Assembly (NCBI RefSeq): GCF_000143415.4
Contig: NW_003314296.1
Span: 663,645 to 727,644, forward strand
Reading direction: 5' to 3'
Length of the DNA stretch: 64,000 nt
From: Selaginella moellendorffii
Lineage: Eukaryota > Plantae > Lycopodiophyta
In this document: piece by piece, positions 60,706 through 64,000 of the stretch
Layout of the letters: every line of letters begins with the position of its first letter
How positions within the stretch are numbered: position 1 is the stretch's first letter
Position numbers and translations under genes: made by a program
The notes under the pieces: model-generated
Database searches by the model: none
The model's input: only the letters and a program-made list of their open reading frames with translations
What the model was told of the DNA's origin: nothing

Positions 60706-61490
60706 TCACAATAGTATAAATATAAAGTTTGTAAATCTAATTGAGATTGGTGCAAATGTATAGGTCATGGGTCCAGAAAAATATGCAAACTCTTCTTCCA
60801 AATGACCACAATACTCCCACTTCTTCTCCACCAGATAAGAGCATAAAATTACCCCATACGGCCGGTGACAACGATCACATTGCCCACAAGATGAGCCATC
60901 CATTCTTCACCTCTCATGTTGATATCACGAAGTGGCCAGTAGTATTTCCCAGATGCATGTGAGCCATCCTCATCCTTATCTAGCTAGCACGCTTGTACCA
61001 GTAAAATCCTCACACAATACCTCCCAGTAGCCGAATGGATCTTGGCTCACCGCTTGCCGACTCCATTGTAGCAGGTCATAGAAGCGATCCTCTCCCTCAT
61101 TGTAGCCAGGATTGGACAAGTCATGGATTCCCCCAGCTTCCGGAGCCAGAATTGTACTGGAAAAGGTAGACAACAAACACCCTAAACACTCACTGTCTTG
61201 GTGTTGAGCACTGCAATCCGATAAATCCCTGTCTCAGGATCCACATATCGTCTCAATGCTATCAACCTCCTCAACAGAGCATCTTCCAAACTGTGTAGAC
61301 AGGTGGGCGAGAGGCAGAGAAGTGGGCTCGAACGGTCCCAGAGAACATACTGCTTCCGGAAAAGAAATGCAGTACCAGGAGCGGCGCCACCACTCGCATC
61401 AACATCGAGTCGCAGGAAGATGCCCATGAACAATTCTTCCTCATCGACTTTTGGGGCACAAATCTGTATTTGTGTTGACGCTGCCACGTC
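60706..61490 (-). pseudogene. Probable F-box-type gene remnant
   Basis: EELFMGIFLRL resembles an F-box start and the end resembles the Y.F.P motif of F-box/kelch genes. Broken by stops. Confidence 0.4.
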
Positions 61491-61997
61491 ATTCTAGCGG
61501 ATAGCGACTCGGCCTTAGAAGGCGATCGCGAAGAAGACGTCCTCGCCAGATACCACTGCCCTGAACACCAACAGGTGACACATGTAGCTTCATGGACACC
61601 TGCTGTGTTTATACATGGGCTGATGGCAGCGCATGCACTTCCTTATCACCTTCATCGTCCTCATCATTCTAAGTTTTGATTGGATTTTAGATGTTTGTTG
61701 TGATAAGCTGGAACTTTTACTCTGTGAGTTGTGTTTATACGGTTGCTGTTCTTGCTGTCCAGATCTGCGAGCTTGCGCATCCTATATGGAGCTGCATTCC
61801 TCGTTTGTTCATCTTATTGTAGGCTCGACCTGGTTGGGAGCCTCACTGACAGAGCGAAGAAACTGTAAACTAAGAGCGCAAGATTCCCAGCGCTTACTCG
61901 GATAGCAAAGAAACGACCGAAGAATCGTTTTTATGCCAAGCTCAGACATAACGTCGTATATATATTTCTAGTTTTCTTGAGAAGATTTAAAGTGCGC

Positions 61998-62335
61998 TTA
62001 GCAACCAGTGACATAATCCGCCTTGAACTGGCAGCCGTCATTGTAAGTCTTAATACCACACTTGGCGCAGTTGCGAGCACGGAGTTCGTCAAAGGCAGTG
62101 ATCATCTCGGAGCCATTGAGGTCGCAGTTGGAGCCAGAGACAAAGAGGCCACAGTGGCCAGAGCAGACGCCGCTGGAGCCTTTGTTGCCGCCGGTGAAGT
62201 AGCAGTTGCTAGGCTGAATCTGGTGGCGAGCAGCATCCAGTGTAGAGCCAGCGCACGAGTAGGAGTCCTGAGCATGAGAGCCCCGCAACAACATGATGAT
62301 CATGAGATTCACAAGACATTGAGAGCTAGCGCCAT
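61998..62335 (-). CDS. KP4 killer-toxin-like small secreted Cys-rich protein (possibly pseudogenised)
   Basis: DSYSCAGS...CSGHCGLFV.G..C...G.....F..LR...CAKCG.....GC....DYVTGC. TATAAAT about 50 bp upstream. ATG 62335 is 1 nt out of frame; in-frame ATG at 62303. Confidence 0.68.
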
Positions 62336-63871
62336 GTTCATTGACTTCATGGTTACTAAGTTACTGATAGATCTCGAGCCCATTATTTATAAGGTGTGGG
62401 CGGGCACAGAAGCGGGTCTAGCTTTGCTCTCCCAGCAAGACTTCCAAAACTTAGGCGGTCAAGGAGGGACTCAATTAAAATTGCATGGCCTGCCCAGAGA
62501 AGCGTGTTTAACCTTGCTTTACAAGTCACAACTTGTTTAGACGGCGACTTGTTCACATAAATGAACACGATCCCGCGAGAAGGCTTCAGCTGTATTTTAT
62601 TAAAAGTCCATTTTCTTTGTTAAAATTTGCTCTTTGGTAGCCGGCAATAGTGTTAATATATATCAGCTTGATCGACATGGCCCAATTGACCGAGTGTGAA
62701 ACCTGAGCCATCGCGTCCATCAGGCCGATGGCCCAATCTTATTTTGATCATAAGATTTGGTGGTGCGGAGGTGGCATACGACAGGTTCGGCATGTTCTAG
62801 CTGGCTGCCGAGCCCGATATCACTCAATGATTGTCATTCTTTTCTTTTCTCACACTTAATTTCAGCTTGGATTTGTGTCAGTCAATTTTACTTACATTTA
62901 TGTAAAACTGTTTTGTTTAAGATGCTTCTAATATATTTTATCTCATGGTATATATATATTTCGATTAAATTTGTATTTTTGATTTGCTTAAGCAAACCTG
63001 TAAGAGTGGATATATCTAGAATATTCTTGATATTCTAGGATATTCTACTATCCAATGGTTGTTATTTATTAGATTAATCTTGTATTTATAATTTATAAAT
63101 ATGTTTATAATATACAAACTTTCTTGAACACTTTCTAGTATATATTTTTTTTCTCTACCATCTAATGGTTGATATGCAATAAAATTAGTCTTGTATTTAT
63201 AAATTATAAACATGTTTATTATTCTAAATTTTAAATTTGATCAATTGGATTAATAAGTAGAAATAATACTACTATTAAGAAAACCAAACATTACTACATG
63301 CAACACGTAACAAATTATTGTACATAGTTGAAGGTTTTGCATTTGCACTTTTGATGTCTGGAATATGCTCATCACTAAGAGTAACAAGGAATTTAATTCT
63401 ACAAAGCCACTCTTTGCATGTGCAACATCATAATACTACTGGTTTGTTTCAATTAATAACACTGTTTATTTAACAATTGTCTATAAATTTCAGAAGGGTG
63501 GGGACACAGATTCCAGGGGACTGAGTGTGTAGAATGTGGAAGGTCCTAAACAACATGAAACAGTTTTCCGTGCATTTGTAAAGCAGATTCGTTTAGCATA
63601 GAAAAGGTGGTGGAACACAAGGTATCGTCTTTCTTTCGTCAAAGAAAACTCAATAAGCTGCAGATGCCCTGAGGCTATCATTGCTGGGGTTGTGCTTGCT
63701 CGCCTTTCCTCTGATGATCCTATAAGTGGGTGGGAGATGCGTTTTAAAAAACCACCATTCCACGACGACGACGTGGTTTGATTTAACACAAACTCTTATG
63801 ACCCGGACGCGTGGACAGGAAAGAAGAAATAGGGTCAGCTCTCTGTTCTCTCTCTCTCTCTCTCTCGATCG

Positions 63872-64000
63872 ATGGGAAGCTCTCCATCTCCAGATTGCTT
63901 GGAGCCGCCGCAAGGATCTCTCGTCTTCGCATTGAATGGAAATCGCGTGGAGCTCCACCATGTCGATCCCTCCATGACGCTGCTCGCGTTCCTCCGCAAC
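63872..64000 (+). CDS. Aldehyde oxidase (molybdo-flavoenzyme) N-terminus, truncated by the window
   Basis: MGSSPSPDCLEPPQGSLVFALNGNRVELHHVDPSMTLLAFLRN matches the plant aldehyde oxidase start. CT-repeat in the 5' leader. Confidence 0.85.
   Translation, partial: MGSSPSPDCLEPPQGSLVFALNGNRVELHHVDPSMTLLAFLRN

Overview
Eukaryotic plant genomic DNA. Introns of about 40-60 bp, dense genes, PLS-type PPR genes and the retrotransposon types suggest a lycophyte such as Selaginella (inference, not searched). AT-rich retrotransposon islands (about 1.4-17.3, 33.7-40.1 and 47.4-60.7 kb) alternate with more GC-rich gene islands. Mobile elements: a non-chromoviral Ty3/gypsy family A (one near-complete copy at 9026-14040 plus several decayed ones), a Tcn1-like chromovirus family B forming a three-LTR unit (50805-57440), and a 5S-rRNA-bearing Cassandra-like TRIM. 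Recognisable genes: PLAT protein, Frizzled-like CRD membrane protein, malectin-like LRR-RLK, RRP8 pseudogene, TFIIE-beta, PPR-E, DUF1191, NADK3 and the start of an aldehyde oxidase. The most unusual items are a Crinkler-like Ubl-REase-kinase gene, a KP4 killer-toxin-like small secreted protein, and two intronless secreted genes with an unknown domain fused to a B-lectin. One of those two is only visible after removing the gypsy insertion. All calls come from reading the sequence by eye; no database searches were run.
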